A stretch of DNA of 64,000 bases, from the NCBI GenBank assembly GCA_963782115.1, contig CAWAIK010000003.1, forward strand, positions 192,001 to 256,000, written 5' to 3'. The translations under genes were made by a program, and so were the position numbers. The DNA comes from an uncultured Verrucomicrobiae bacterium (GTDB lineage: Bacteria > Verrucomicrobiota > Verrucomicrobiia > Chthoniobacterales > JAFAMB01). Below are positions 9,786-19,994 of the stretch, in pieces (the first letter of the stretch is position 1; the number at the start of each line of letters is the position of its first letter). Under the pieces are notes generated by a model. The model was not told the DNA's origin and searched no databases. It saw only the letters and a list, made by a program, of their open reading frames with translations.

Positions 9786-11729
9786 ATGGCACGGGTGTCT
9801 GATTCGGCAGAATGGCTCGAAGTGGATGGCCTTGGCGGATTTGCCAGCGGGACAACCGCCGGGATCCGCACCAGGCGTTACCATGCCCTGTTGCTCACGG
9901 CGACAATTCCGCCATCGGAAAGAAAGACTCTAGTTAACGGGTTGGAAGCCTGGGTCGAGACGGCCTGCGGGAATTGGTTTCTGACTACGCAGCGGTACGC
10001 CCCGGACGTCATCTACCCGGACGGAATGACGCACATTAAAGAGTTTGAGCTTCGGCCCTGGCCGACATGGCGTTATGAGCTGGATGACAAGCTCGCGATC
10101 GAACAGGAGCTTTTCGTGCCGCACGGGCAATCTGCGCTCGTCTTAATCTGGAGACTTGCCGGCGATTCCGGGAATAAAGCTAAATTGACAGTCAGACCTT
10201 TTCTCTCTGGCAGAGACTTCCATGGAATGCACCATGAGAATAACTCGTTTTGTTTCGACCCGCAGTTGCGTGGCCAACGGGTCCGCTGGAAACCTTACTA
10301 CGATATCCCCGCCGTCGTTGTGGAATCGAATGGCACATATCGTCACTCGCCCACGTGGTATCGAAATTTTTGCTATGTCGAAGAGCGAGCGCGTGGTTTG
10401 GATTATCTGGAAGACCTGGCCAGTCCTGGTCAATTCGAGTGGGATTTACAAAGAGAGGTCGCGACCCTGATTTTCTTTGCCGAAGATTTCGCGAATATCG
10501 GCAACGAAGAAGGTGACTCCATTGAAATCGCAAACAAACTTCGGGCGCAAGAATTCCAGCGGCGCGGGGCATTTTCATCTCCGGTCACTGCTGCCGCCGA
10601 CAGTTATCTGGTCAGCCGCGGCTCAGGAAAGACCGTTATCGCAGGATATCCATGGTTCGGGGACTGGGGTCGCGACACCTTCATCTCGTTGAGAGGATTA
10701 TGCCTGGCGACCTGTCGTCTGGAGACAGCCCGAGATATCCTGAGCGAGTGGGCCGAAACCGTTTCAATGGGGATGCTGCCGAATCGTTTCCCGGACCGGG
10801 GTGTTGTGCCGGAATTTAATTCGGTCGACGCATCGCTTTGGTACATCATCGCTGTCTTTGAATATCTCCACGCGGTCCATGGCAACCCGAACCTGGAAGA
10901 TGTCGACGTGACAGCAAAGCTGCAGCAAGCGATCGAAGCGATTCTTTCCGGCTATTGCGCGGGAACTCGATTTGGCATTAGAGCTGGCGACGACGGTTTG
11001 CTCGCCGCGGGCGAACCCGGCGTCCAACTCACGTGGATGGACGCGAAGGTGGGTGAGAAGGTAATCACGCCGCGGATTGGGAAACCAGTCGAAGTGCAGG
11101 CGCTGTGGATCAATGCGCTTTGGATTGGTCAATCGTTCTCTTCTCAGTGGAAGTCGTTGTTCGCGAAAGCGTCTGAAACGTTTGCAATTCGCTTTTGGAA
11201 CGAGGCGAGAGGGCAGCTCTATGATGTTGTCGATGTTGACCATCAAGCCGGCACGGTGGACGGTTTGTTTCGTCCAAATCAGATTTTTTCGGTCGGAGGC
11301 TTGCCTCTGGTTCTGCTTCCCATGGAGCGGGCGCGGCAGGTTGTGAACGCTGTCGAGGCGGCGCTTTGCACACCGATGGGTTTGCGCTCTTTGGCTCGGG
11401 GAGAACCTGGCTATGTTCCGCGGTATGAAGGTGACGTCTGGCACCGGGATTCGGCTTACCATCAAGGGACGGTTTGGCCGTGGTTAATCGGTCCGTTCGT
11501 CGAAGCGTGGGTTCGGGTTCGTGGGAACGCGCCGGAAGTGAAAAAGCTGGCTAGAAAACAATTTTTGGATCCGTTATATTCTCAGCTTGATCAAGCTGGC
11601 CTGGGCCATCTGTCGGAGATTGCGGATGCAGAGCCACCTCACACTCCCCGTGGTTGCCCGTTTCAAGCATGGTCTCTGGGAGAACTGCTACGGCTCGATC
11701 GCATCGTGTTAGCTGAGTCAGGCGTTTAG
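9786..11729 (+). CDS. Glycogen debranching enzyme, archaeal type (amylo-alpha-1,6-glucosidase family)
   Basis: EWLEVDGLGGFASGT, TRRYHALL, IAGYPWFGDWGRDTFI, TWMDAK, YHQGTVWPWL and GCPFQAWS motifs. Confidence 0.9.
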   Translation: MARVSDSAEWLEVDGLGGFASGTTAGIRTRRYHALLLTATIPPSERKTLVNGLEAWVETACGNWFLTTQRYAPDVIYPDGMTHIKEFELRPWPTWRYELDDKLAIEQELFVPHGQSALVLIWRLAGDSGNKAKLTVRPFLSGRDFHGMHHENNSFCFDPQLRGQRVRWKPYYDIPAVVVESNGTYRHSPTWYRNFCYVEERARGLDYLEDLASPGQFEWDLQREVATLIFFAEDFANIGNEEGDSIEIANKLRAQEFQRRGAFSSPVTAAADSYLVSRGSGKTVIAGYPWFGDWGRDTFISLRGLCLATCRLETARDILSEWAETVSMGMLPNRFPDRGVVPEFNSVDASLWYIIAVFEYLHAVHGNPNLEDVDVTAKLQQAIEAILSGYCAGTRFGIRAGDDGLLAAGEPGVQLTWMDAKVGEKVITPRIGKPVEVQALWINALWIGQSFSSQWKSLFAKASETFAIRFWNEARGQLYDVVDVDHQAGTVDGLFRPNQIFSVGGLPLVLLPMERARQVVNAVEAALCTPMGLRSLARGEPGYVPRYEGDVWHRDSAYHQGTVWPWLIGPFVEAWVRVRGNAPEVKKLARKQFLDPLYSQLDQAGLGHLSEIADAEPPHTPRGCPFQAWSLGELLRLDRIVLAESGV

Positions 11730-11773
11730 TGTTAGCACGTCTTTTTCAACACGCGGCGTTGGCGAACAGGTAC

Positions 11774-13795
11774 CTACCCTGCCTCAGCCAGGATCAAGTC
11801 CTGCAAAGCAAGTATTCCGATCAATTGACCACCGTCGTTTGCAACTATCACTTCCCGATCAGGAGTCTGAGCGAACTGCAGCAGCGCTTGTTCAACCGAG
11901 TCTTCCGGCTTCACACTGATACAATGCAAAGTACGGAGCTGACCGACTGGAGATTCGAGCCGCGCTTTTCCTTGATGCAGCCAATCGAACACGAGATCGA
12001 GGCGGAGCCAACCCTTGCACCGCTCATCGTCGTCAACTAGAGGCAAGATAGAAGCGCCGGCTTGCTTAAAGGCTTTCACCGCGGTAAGAACCGAATCGGT
12101 ATCCCGAAGAACGACTACGTCACGCCGCATGAAATCTTCGACACGCTTCTGGCGAAATGACGGAGAGGCTCGATCGACAATCGCCATCCGCTCCTGAAGG
12201 GTCAAATACTTAACAGAGCTTCGATTGAGGTAGTAGCCCAGCGTAAGACTGTTCTTGGTCAACGCCTCGAATGTTGTCTTGTCGAGCGCGATGAGGGTGG
12301 CCGACTCCAGGGCAGTCGCATCAAACTGGCGCTTGGTGTTTTGAAGCAATTCCCGCTCACCGAAGTGTTCACCCGGACCGAGTGTTCGGGCCGAGCCGGA
12401 ATGATCGTCAATCTCTACTTTCCCTTTCTCAATCAGATAGAAAGAGAAAGCGGCATCTCCAACATGGTAAATCGGATCGCCTTTCTCCAAATGGACACGT
12501 CCGATGACCTCGGTCATTTTGATGTTTAACAAGCTAATGTCCCGGGGAAACAATAGCTCCAGATTCCATTCGAAAAACACCTTCGACTTTTGCTCCAGTC
12601 CGGGCAATTTGAAGAGGTAAGTCGCACGCCAGAGAAGCCAGCCAAGAAAACCGGAAACTTTGAATCCCAAGACTTTCCCGACAGCATTACGATGTCCCAG
12701 TGACGCCATCTCGCCCAAAGTCTCAAAACGAAAAGGCTCCAAAGGCTGACCATTTCGAGCAGCGAGAATATTTTTCCCGAGGAGGGTTCCCTGGCGCATC
12801 GCGAACTGTGCAGTCGCCGGGGAAACGCTGCCGTCCCCTAGCGGGACAGCCGAACAATCTCCGGCGGACCAGAGATTTTTGTAGCCCTTCACCTGCATTG
12901 TCGGTTCAGTGCTCAGTCGCCCTCTGTTGTTTGGTAACTGGTAGCGATCAATCAATTTTTTAATCACCGGATGAGTCGCGTTGCCAACCGTGGTTACCAC
13001 CGTATTTGTCTCAACGATGTCCCCGCTGTTCAGAATTGCTCGCTCAGCGGTGATCGCGGCAACCCGCGTGCTCAACCGGACCTCGATGCCCCGATTCCGG
13101 AGTTGCAGCTCGCAGTACTTCCCCAGTTCTTCCCCGATTTGCGGCAGCAGATAAGCACCGCTATGGACCAACACCAAACGAAATTCTTTGGGGTTTATTC
13201 GGGGATAAAATCGCTGCACATCTCGCAGGAGGTCCCATAGTTGGCCGGCAGTCTCGACGCCCGAGTAGCCACCGCCAACGACAACAAACGTAAGCAGTTT
13301 GCGGCGGATCGACTCGTCCTTCACGATACTGGCCTCTTCCAGTCTTTCCAGAACACCCGACCTGAGGCGAATCGCGTCTCCAACGGTCTTCATCAGATAA
13401 CCATGCTCCGGCATACCTGGCACGCGGCTAACGTCCACAACGCTTCCGATTGCCAAAACGAGGTGTTCGAACCTCAGCGTGGCCGACGCGGTATACGGAC
13501 CGGGCAAAAAGCTCACTATTTTCTGCTCCAGGTCGATGTCATCGACTGCGCCCATAAAGATGGAACTCCCCCGACAAAAAAGCCGAAGTGGGTTGACCAC
13601 ATGCAGCGGCGAGATCGAAGAACCGCTTACTTCAGCGAGCATCGGATGGAACAACATCGCATTTTGGTCAGCGAGAAGCGCGACGTTTTCGGACGTAGTG
13701 TTTTGCAGCTCTGATCTAAGCGCCCGCGCGCAGTAGGCACCGGCAAATCCACCGCCTAATATAACAATGGGAAATGAGTAGGATTCTGCGAACAT
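11774..13795 (-). CDS. Type II NADH dehydrogenase-like flavoprotein fused to a cNMP-binding domain and a CBS pair
   Basis: GGGFAG and VVGGGYSGVE dinucleotide motifs, WSAGDC, PATAQFAMRQG and YLFKLPG. Then FYLIEKGKVEI...GEHFGE..L...R (cNMP), then two CBS repeats. Confidence 0.88.
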   Translation of the reverse strand: MFAESYSFPIVILGGGFAGAYCARALRSELQNTTSENVALLADQNAMLFHPMLAEVSGSSISPLHVVNPLRLFCRGSSIFMGAVDDIDLEQKIVSFLPGPYTASATLRFEHLVLAIGSVVDVSRVPGMPEHGYLMKTVGDAIRLRSGVLERLEEASIVKDESIRRKLLTFVVVGGGYSGVETAGQLWDLLRDVQRFYPRINPKEFRLVLVHSGAYLLPQIGEELGKYCELQLRNRGIEVRLSTRVAAITAERAILNSGDIVETNTVVTTVGNATHPVIKKLIDRYQLPNNRGRLSTEPTMQVKGYKNLWSAGDCSAVPLGDGSVSPATAQFAMRQGTLLGKNILAARNGQPLEPFRFETLGEMASLGHRNAVGKVLGFKVSGFLGWLLWRATYLFKLPGLEQKSKVFFEWNLELLFPRDISLLNIKMTEVIGRVHLEKGDPIYHVGDAAFSFYLIEKGKVEIDDHSGSARTLGPGEHFGERELLQNTKRQFDATALESATLIALDKTTFEALTKNSLTLGYYLNRSSVKYLTLQERMAIVDRASPSFRQKRVEDFMRRDVVVLRDTDSVLTAVKAFKQAGASILPLVDDDERCKGWLRLDLVFDWLHQGKARLESPVGQLRTLHCISVKPEDSVEQALLQFAQTPDREVIVANDGGQLIGILALQDLILAEAG

Positions 13796-13812
13796 CTTGC
13801 CAGCTCAGAAAG

Positions 13813-14376
13813 CTACATGGAAAGGAAGTTCGCCAAAAGCTTTTTCCCCTCGCTCGTCATAATCGACTCTGGATGAAACTGAACTCCGTGCACCGGGTAC
13901 TGCCGATGTCGCAGGCCCATGATTTCACGCTCCGATGTTTCCGCTACGATTTCCAGCTCGGCCGGCAATGTTTCACGACGCACGATCAATGAATGGTACC
14001 GAGTGGCCTCAAATGGGATGGGCAATCCCAGGAATACGCCATCGCCTTCGTGAATGATCGGCGAGGTCTTGCCGTGCATCAGGCGATCGGCTCGAACGAC
14101 CTCTCCCCCATACACCTGCCCGATGCACTGATGTCCAAGGCAGACGCCCAACACGGGAATATGCGATCCAAAATGGCGAATAAGTTCGTTGCTGATTCCG
14201 GCGTCATCAGGCGTTCCAGGTCCAGGAGAAATACAGATTTTTTCAGGGTGCAATTGCTCAATTTCGTCAATAGTCGTTCGATCATTTCGTCGGACGATCA
14301 ATTCCGCACCAAGTTCGCCGAAGTATTGAACCAGGTTGTACGTGAACGAGTCGTAGTTATCCAGGACCAAAATCAT
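13813..14376 (-). CDS. trpG: Anthranilate/aminodeoxychorismate synthase glutamine amidotransferase subunit
   Basis: [28 protein letters not shown] and QFHPES motifs; coupled to trpE. Confidence 0.93.
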   Translation of the reverse strand: MILVLDNYDSFTYNLVQYFGELGAELIVRRNDRTTIDEIEQLHPEKICISPGPGTPDDAGISNELIRHFGSHIPVLGVCLGHQCIGQVYGGEVVRADRLMHGKTSPIIHEGDGVFLGLPIPFEATRYHSLIVRRETLPAELEIVAETSEREIMGLRHRQYPVHGVQFHPESIMTSEGKKLLANFLSM

Positions 14377-15869
14377 AAGATTTGCTCTGCTCGCTCGATG
14401 GCCCGAAAAGTGGCCATGGCTTTGTTTACACTCTCCTGAAATTCAAGTTCAGGTACCGAGTCGGCCACGACGCCGCCCCCCGCCTGCACATAGGCGGTGC
14501 CATCCTTCAGGACAACACTTCGCAGTGCGATACAGGAATCGAGTTGGCCATCGAATCCGAAATACCCGACAGCACCGGCGTACACGCCGCGCTTTCCTTT
14601 CTCAAATTCGTAGATCAGCTGCATCGCCCGGACTTTGGGCGCTCCCGATACGGTTCCTGCGGGAAAGGTCGCCCGCATCACGTCGTAGGCGCTATAGCTC
14701 TGCTCAAGCTCTCCGACAACGTTCGAGACGATATGCATGACATGACTGTATCGCTCGACTGACATGAATTCCGTCACTCTGACTGTGCCATATCTAGATA
14801 TCCGGCCGACATCATTTCTAGCCAGATCGACAAGCATTAGATGCTCAGCCCGTTCCTTGGGATCGGCGAGCAGTTCTTCGGCTAGAAGCTCGTCTTCATC
14901 ACTGGTACCGCCCCTCTTCCGGGTCCCGGCGATTGGGCGAATCTCGACGTTTCGTCCCCGCAGCCGCACGTGGACTTCCGGCGAACTGCCGACCAGCGCA
15001 AACCGCTCTCCAAGCCGCAGACAGAACATGTAGGGGGAGGGATTGATGAACCGAAGGGCTCGGTAAAGAGAGAGCGGATTTCCATGGAATCCGGCTTCAA
15101 ACCTTTGCGAAGGGACCATCTGGAAGATGTCTCCGGCTTCGATATGGCGTTTCGCCTTACGAACCATCTCATGAAACTCTTCGCGAGTGGTATTGCTCCG
15201 TGGGCTTGGCGAAACAGCCACCGGAGCGGCGTTCATCAACTGCGGTTTGGTCGGCTCCTCGAGTTTGTCGACGATCCGTCGGATTTTTTCCGCGGCAACA
15301 TCGTACGCCTCATCTATTTTCGTTCCGTTAACAAATGCATTTGCGAAGATTTTGAGCCGTCGAAACCGGTGATCAAATACCAAAAAGGTATCCGTAACGA
15401 TAAAGACCATTTCCGGTAGCCCCAGTTGGTCAGGCGGCGGCTCCCCGACAGTCGGCTCAAAGAAGCGAACGGCGTCGTACCCAATATAACCGACGGCACC
15501 GCCACTGAACGGAGGCAACCCGGGCAAATCTACCGCTCGAAACCGGTCCATGAGCTGCTGCAGCTCCGCCAGAGGATCAACTGTGGATTCGAACTCGCGT
15601 CGCCGGCCGTTCTCTTCGATCGCGATGTGCCTGCCGCGAGCTTCGAAATAGATCCTTGGATCGCTGCCCAGAAAAGAGTAACGACCGACATGGTCGTTGC
15701 TTTCCGCTGATTCGAGCAAGAACGATCGAACGCCGTTATCGATCTTTTCAAACACCGCGATGGGTGTTTCATAGTCGGCGACAAACTCGGTGTAGATTGG
15801 AATGAGATTACCCTTCCGGGTCAATTCCCTAAATTCCGAGCGAGATGGAAAGAGCGGTATTGAGGTCAT
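14373..15869 (-). CDS. trpE: Anthranilate synthase component I
   Basis: [43 protein letters not shown] and [10 protein letters not shown] motifs. Confidence 0.95.
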   Translation of the reverse strand: MTSIPLFPSRSEFRELTRKGNLIPIYTEFVADYETPIAVFEKIDNGVRSFLLESAESNDHVGRYSFLGSDPRIYFEARGRHIAIEENGRRREFESTVDPLAELQQLMDRFRAVDLPGLPPFSGGAVGYIGYDAVRFFEPTVGEPPPDQLGLPEMVFIVTDTFLVFDHRFRRLKIFANAFVNGTKIDEAYDVAAEKIRRIVDKLEEPTKPQLMNAAPVAVSPSPRSNTTREEFHEMVRKAKRHIEAGDIFQMVPSQRFEAGFHGNPLSLYRALRFINPSPYMFCLRLGERFALVGSSPEVHVRLRGRNVEIRPIAGTRKRGGTSDEDELLAEELLADPKERAEHLMLVDLARNDVGRISRYGTVRVTEFMSVERYSHVMHIVSNVVGELEQSYSAYDVMRATFPAGTVSGAPKVRAMQLIYEFEKGKRGVYAGAVGYFGFDGQLDSCIALRSVVLKDGTAYVQAGGGVVADSVPELEFQESVNKAMATFRAIERAEQIL

Positions 15870-16249
15870 TTCGCGTACACTTTTGCGGGATCAAAAAGCC
15901 TGTTCTCAATCACCGGCTTTAACTCGCCGGAAGAATCGAGCTCCTGGAAAAAGCAGCTTCTATAGCCTGTATGGCAAGCACCGGAACTTTGTTCCACTTC
16001 GAAAAGGAGGGTATCACGATCGCAATCGGTAAACCAACGAATCAGGCGTTGGGTATTTCCACTGGTTTCTCCTTTTAGCCAAAGCTGGCGGCGCGACCGG
16101 CTCCAGTAGTGCAATAAACCGGTTTCCAAGGTTTTCTCCAGAGATTGCCGGTTCATCCAGCCCATCATCAAAACCCGGCCCGGGAAGGTCGCCTCTCGGA
16201 CAATTGCGGGGATCAGTCCATCGGCGGTGTACTTAAAGTCGAGATTCAT
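15866..16249 (-). CDS. hisI: Phosphoribosyl-AMP cyclohydrolase
   Basis: GLIPAI, YWSRSR..LWLKGETSG, DCDRD and ACHTGYRSCF motifs; ATG at 16249. Confidence 0.94.
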   Translation of the reverse strand: MNLDFKYTADGLIPAIVREATFPGRVLMMGWMNRQSLEKTLETGLLHYWSRSRRQLWLKGETSGNTQRLIRWFTDCDRDTLLFEVEQSSGACHTGYRSCFFQELDSSGELKPVIENRLFDPAKVYAK

Positions 16250-16458
16250 GCGGTCAATCCAAAGCACTAACTCAGGGTCGGACCATGTTCAAGCGGACCA
16301 ATTTCCTCACTGGGCAGGCTCCGACTCCCTCATCGCAGGCGGACCGGCCCAGCCGAAAGGTGGAAAAGAGCGAGCGCGAAAGCGCAATTGTATCGCAATA
16401 AATTTAAACACGGCTTGACGGAGTGGCTCTGTTTTGTGTGTGATTCAATCTGATGAGA

Positions 16459-16482
16459 GTAACGGCGATGACGGGCCGTTAC
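16459..16482. promoter_or_regulatory. Perfect 8-bp inverted repeat in the divergent hisI/coxB intergenic region (candidate operator or hairpin)
   Basis: GTAACGGC-N8-GCCGTTAC; a TTGACA follows at 16490. Confidence 0.3.
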
Positions 16483-16569
16483 GTTGTTGTTGACATGTTT
16501 CTGCGAGATTAATTGATTGATCTTCAGACCGTAACCTTTAGCACGAGCCCCCCGATAACTCGCTTACCG

Positions 16570-17634
16570 ATGACTAGCTCGAAAGGAGTAAAAACAAATA
16601 ATTGCCTGTTCCGCCGAGCTTTTCTGCTGATCGCTGCAGCATTGCCCGGGACAGTCGGCGCGCAGAGCGCCGATCAGGTTCGTTCGGTCCAAAATATTTT
16701 TGCTCCGATAGGAGCTCCAGCCGAGCTCCTGAACCAGACCTCGGTTTTGGTATTGTGGATCTGTTTGGGCATCTTTTTGGTTGTCGGTGGATTGCTTTTC
16801 TACGCTGTCGTGCGCTACCGCCGAAGATCGACAGACGACGACACAACCGAGCCGCCGCAGGTTTACGGCAGTACCGCGATCGAGCTGGCGTGGACGGTCC
16901 CCCCAATCTTGATCGTAGTGGTTCTGGCCCTCGCGACCGCACGTACCGTCGGCGAAATCCAAAACCCGAGATTCGCCGCCGATCCGCTTGAGGTGAGAAT
17001 TGTTGGCCATCGTTTCTGGTGGGAGGTGCAATACCCGAAATATAAAGTCATAACGGCCAACGAGATTCACGTCCCCGTAAGCTATTTAAGCGCGCCGCGC
17101 CCCGTAGAGATGACGCTCGCCTCAGCCGACGTGGTCCACGGGTTTTGGGTGCCTGAGCTGAACGGAAAGGAATGGCTAGTTCCGGATCGCGAGAACAAGT
17201 GGTGGATCCAGCCCACATCGCTCGGAATTTATCTTGGCAATTGTACGGTGCTCTGCGGTCTCCAGCACGCAAACATGCTGATTCGCGTGGTCGTCGAGGC
17301 GCCGGAAGACTTCGACGCCTGGGTAGCACGACAGCAGCGACCTCCGAATCCTGATCCAAGCACCGAAGAAGGCCTGAAAGCCTTTGGAGCGAACTCGTGC
17401 GGCAGTTGCCATACGATCGAGGGAACAACTTCGAACGGAATCTTTGGTCCCAATCTCACCCATTTCATGACCCGAAAGACATTGGGGGCAGGCGTCGCGC
17501 CCAATGACGACGCGAACCTCAAAGCATGGCTGCGCGACCCGCAGGAACTCAAACCTGGCTGCCTGATGCCTGACATGAAGTTAGATCCACAACAGGTCGA
17601 CCAAATCATGGCCTATCTTAAAACGTTGAACTAA
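16570..17634 (+). CDS. coxB: Cytochrome c oxidase subunit II with fused C-terminal cytochrome c (caa3 type)
   Basis: IELAWTVPP, DVVHGFW, CuA motif CTVLCGLQHANM and heme c CGSCH...MP. Start uncertain (16513 or 16570). Confidence 0.93.
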   Translation: MTSSKGVKTNNCLFRRAFLLIAAALPGTVGAQSADQVRSVQNIFAPIGAPAELLNQTSVLVLWICLGIFLVVGGLLFYAVVRYRRRSTDDDTTEPPQVYGSTAIELAWTVPPILIVVVLALATARTVGEIQNPRFAADPLEVRIVGHRFWWEVQYPKYKVITANEIHVPVSYLSAPRPVEMTLASADVVHGFWVPELNGKEWLVPDRENKWWIQPTSLGIYLGNCTVLCGLQHANMLIRVVVEAPEDFDAWVARQQRPPNPDPSTEEGLKAFGANSCGSCHTIEGTTSNGIFGPNLTHFMTRKTLGAGVAPNDDANLKAWLRDPQELKPGCLMPDMKLDPQQVDQIMAYLKTLN

Positions 17635-17641
17635 TCAAACT

Positions 17642-19339
17642 ATGGCTAACGGAACGACAATTATCGATCCCGGTACGGAGTTGCTGCCGGCAAGACCGGG
17701 GCAAGAGCGCGGGACCCCGACCGGTTGGATCCAAGATCTGGTTTATACAGTCGACCACAAGAAGCTGGGAATGCTCTATGTCGGGACAGGGCTCTTTTTC
17801 TTTGTGGTGGCGGGGATAATGGCTCTGCTGATTCGAGCTCAACTCGCCTTCCCGAACGGCCGTGTCACTTCTCCGGGGGAGTTCAACGCGCTGATCACCG
17901 TGCATGGAACGGTGATGATTTTCTGGGTCGCAATGCCGATCGTCTTCGGGATGATCAATTACCTGGTCCCGCTGATGATCGGAGCGCGGGACATGGCGTT
18001 TCCGAGGCTGAACGCTTTTTCGTTCTGGTTGACTTTTTTCAGCGGATTTTTTCTGCTTTTAAGTTTTGTCGCAGGTCCCGGTGTTTACGGTCACAGTGGG
18101 GCTCCGGACGCGGGCTGGTTCGCGATCGCGCCGCTGACTTCCCCTGCATTTTCCAAGGGGCCAAGCATTGACTACTGGTCGCTCAGCGTCCTCATCACCG
18201 GGATCGGCAGCGTCACGGGCGGAATTAACATCATGGTCACGATCATCTGTTTGCGAACCAAGGGAATGAGCCTCCACCGGATGCCGTTGTTTGTCTGGTT
18301 AGCGTTGGTGACGATGTTTCTCGTCGTTGTATTTCTACCTCCGCTATCGGCGGCCCAGATCATGCTGACACTGGGACGTTACCTGGGCGCAAAATTCTTC
18401 GACGCAGAGGCGGGCGGCTCGGCTATACTCTGGCAGCACTTCTTCTGGATTTTCGGGCACCCGGAGGTCTATATCCTCGTCCTGCCGGCTTTCGCGGTGA
18501 TTTCTGAAGTTGTTCCAGTATTTTCCCGGAAACCAATTTTTGGATATCCGATGATGGTGGCCGCCACTATCCTGATCGGCTTTATCAGCGCGGGCGTCTG
18601 GGCACATCACATGTTCACAGTCGGCCTGAATTCGTTTGGGGTGACATTCTTCGCGATGGCGACGCTGGCAATCTCTGTTCCAACCGGCATCAAGATCTTC
18701 AATTGGCTCGCAACCATGTATGGCGGCAAGATCCGTTTGGAATTGCCGATGATCTTTTGTATCGCGTTCCTGTTCCAGTTCCTGATTGCAGGACTGACAG
18801 GAATCATGCTAGGCGTGGCCCCTTTCGATTGGCAGTTAAACGATTCCTACTTTGTCATCGCCCATTTTCACTACGTCATCGTGGGCGGCATCCTCTACGG
18901 GATCTTTGCATTCTTTTACTATTGGTACCCGAAAGCATTCGGTCGAATGCTCAATAAGAAACTTGGGCTTTGGCATTTCTGGCTGTTTACGATCGGCTTC
19001 CACCTGACCTTCGATCCTCAGCATTTTGCGGGGTTCCTGGGAATGCCTCGCCGCATCTATACTTATCAACCCGGACGCGGTTGGGAGCTGTGGAATCTAA
19101 TATCTACCATCGGGGCGTTGATCCAGGCCGCCGGGGTCATTTTCTTCGTGATCAACCTCCTATGGTCTGCCTGGAAAGGTAAAATTGCGGGTGATGATCC
19201 CTGGGACGCGTGGACGCTGGAATGGGCCACCACGTCGCCGCCTGCGGATTACAACTTTGAAACGCTTCCGGAAGTCCGGAGCCGACGCCCTCTCTGGGAT
19301 TTGAAGCATCCAGAGGATCCCGATTGGAAATTCGAATAG
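17642..19339 (+). CDS. coxA: Cytochrome c oxidase subunit I, A1 family
   Basis: VHGT, RDMAFPRLN (D channel), FGHPEVY, WAHHM, PTGIK (K channel), AHFHY and GMPRR motifs. Confidence 0.97.
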   Translation: MANGTTIIDPGTELLPARPGQERGTPTGWIQDLVYTVDHKKLGMLYVGTGLFFFVVAGIMALLIRAQLAFPNGRVTSPGEFNALITVHGTVMIFWVAMPIVFGMINYLVPLMIGARDMAFPRLNAFSFWLTFFSGFFLLLSFVAGPGVYGHSGAPDAGWFAIAPLTSPAFSKGPSIDYWSLSVLITGIGSVTGGINIMVTIICLRTKGMSLHRMPLFVWLALVTMFLVVVFLPPLSAAQIMLTLGRYLGAKFFDAEAGGSAILWQHFFWIFGHPEVYILVLPAFAVISEVVPVFSRKPIFGYPMMVAATILIGFISAGVWAHHMFTVGLNSFGVTFFAMATLAISVPTGIKIFNWLATMYGGKIRLELPMIFCIAFLFQFLIAGLTGIMLGVAPFDWQLNDSYFVIAHFHYVIVGGILYGIFAFFYYWYPKAFGRMLNKKLGLWHFWLFTIGFHLTFDPQHFAGFLGMPRRIYTYQPGRGWELWNLISTIGALIQAAGVIFFVINLLWSAWKGKIAGDDPWDAWTLEWATTSPPADYNFETLPEVRSRRPLWDLKHPEDPDWKFE

Positions 19340-19393
19340 CTACGGTTCCAATCCACCCCGATTTTTAGAAAATTTCCTAACAAATCTCGAACC

Positions 19394-19990
19394 ATGAGTT
19401 CTCAATCACTAAGCACGACCGAAATGGAATGGCAACTCCCCTCCCCGCGGGTGGTCGGAATGATTTTGGTTATTCTCACAGAAACGGCGCTTTTCACGAT
19501 TTTCGTGGTGGCATACCTTTTCTATATCGGGAAAAGCGTATCCGGTCCCTACCCGCATGAGGTCCTGCATTTCCCTTGGCTCGGGTCGATTCTATTGTTC
19601 GGCAGCAGTGGAACGATCGTGGCGGCCGAGCATCATTTGAAGAAGGGTTCGATGGGCGGATTCCATCTGTGGTGGTTTATCACCTTCGCCGCCGGCGTTG
19701 GATTTCTGTTCTGGACCATCAATGAATGGATCCATCTAATATACCATGAAGGGCTCACAATCAGCACCAATCTCTTCGGCTCGACGTTCTATTCGCTGGT
19801 CGGACTGCACGCCAGCCACGTGCTGGTCGGAGCGATTCTTCTCGGTTTGATCCTGATCATGAGTCTCACAGGCCGCATCCAGCATCGCCACCACCAACAT
19901 ATCGAGATGATCTCCTGGTATTGGCACTTTGTGGATTGTGTCTGGGCAGTGGTTATTACGGTTGTGTACATCATCAGCGCAAACTCTTGA
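19394..19990 (+). CDS. coxC: Cytochrome c oxidase subunit III (short form)
   Basis: ILTETALF, FYSLVGLHASHV and WYWHFVD motifs. Confidence 0.92.
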   Translation: MSSQSLSTTEMEWQLPSPRVVGMILVILTETALFTIFVVAYLFYIGKSVSGPYPHEVLHFPWLGSILLFGSSGTIVAAEHHLKKGSMGGFHLWWFITFAAGVGFLFWTINEWIHLIYHEGLTISTNLFGSTFYSLVGLHASHVLVGAILLGLILIMSLTGRIQHRHHQHIEMISWYWHFVDCVWAVVITVVYIISANS

Positions 19991-19994
19991 CCCT

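Noticed and set aside
16450..16490. Hammerhead ribozyme (CTGATGA followed by a stem)
   Set aside because: The stem is followed by GTTG, not the required GAAA, and stems I and III are not evident.
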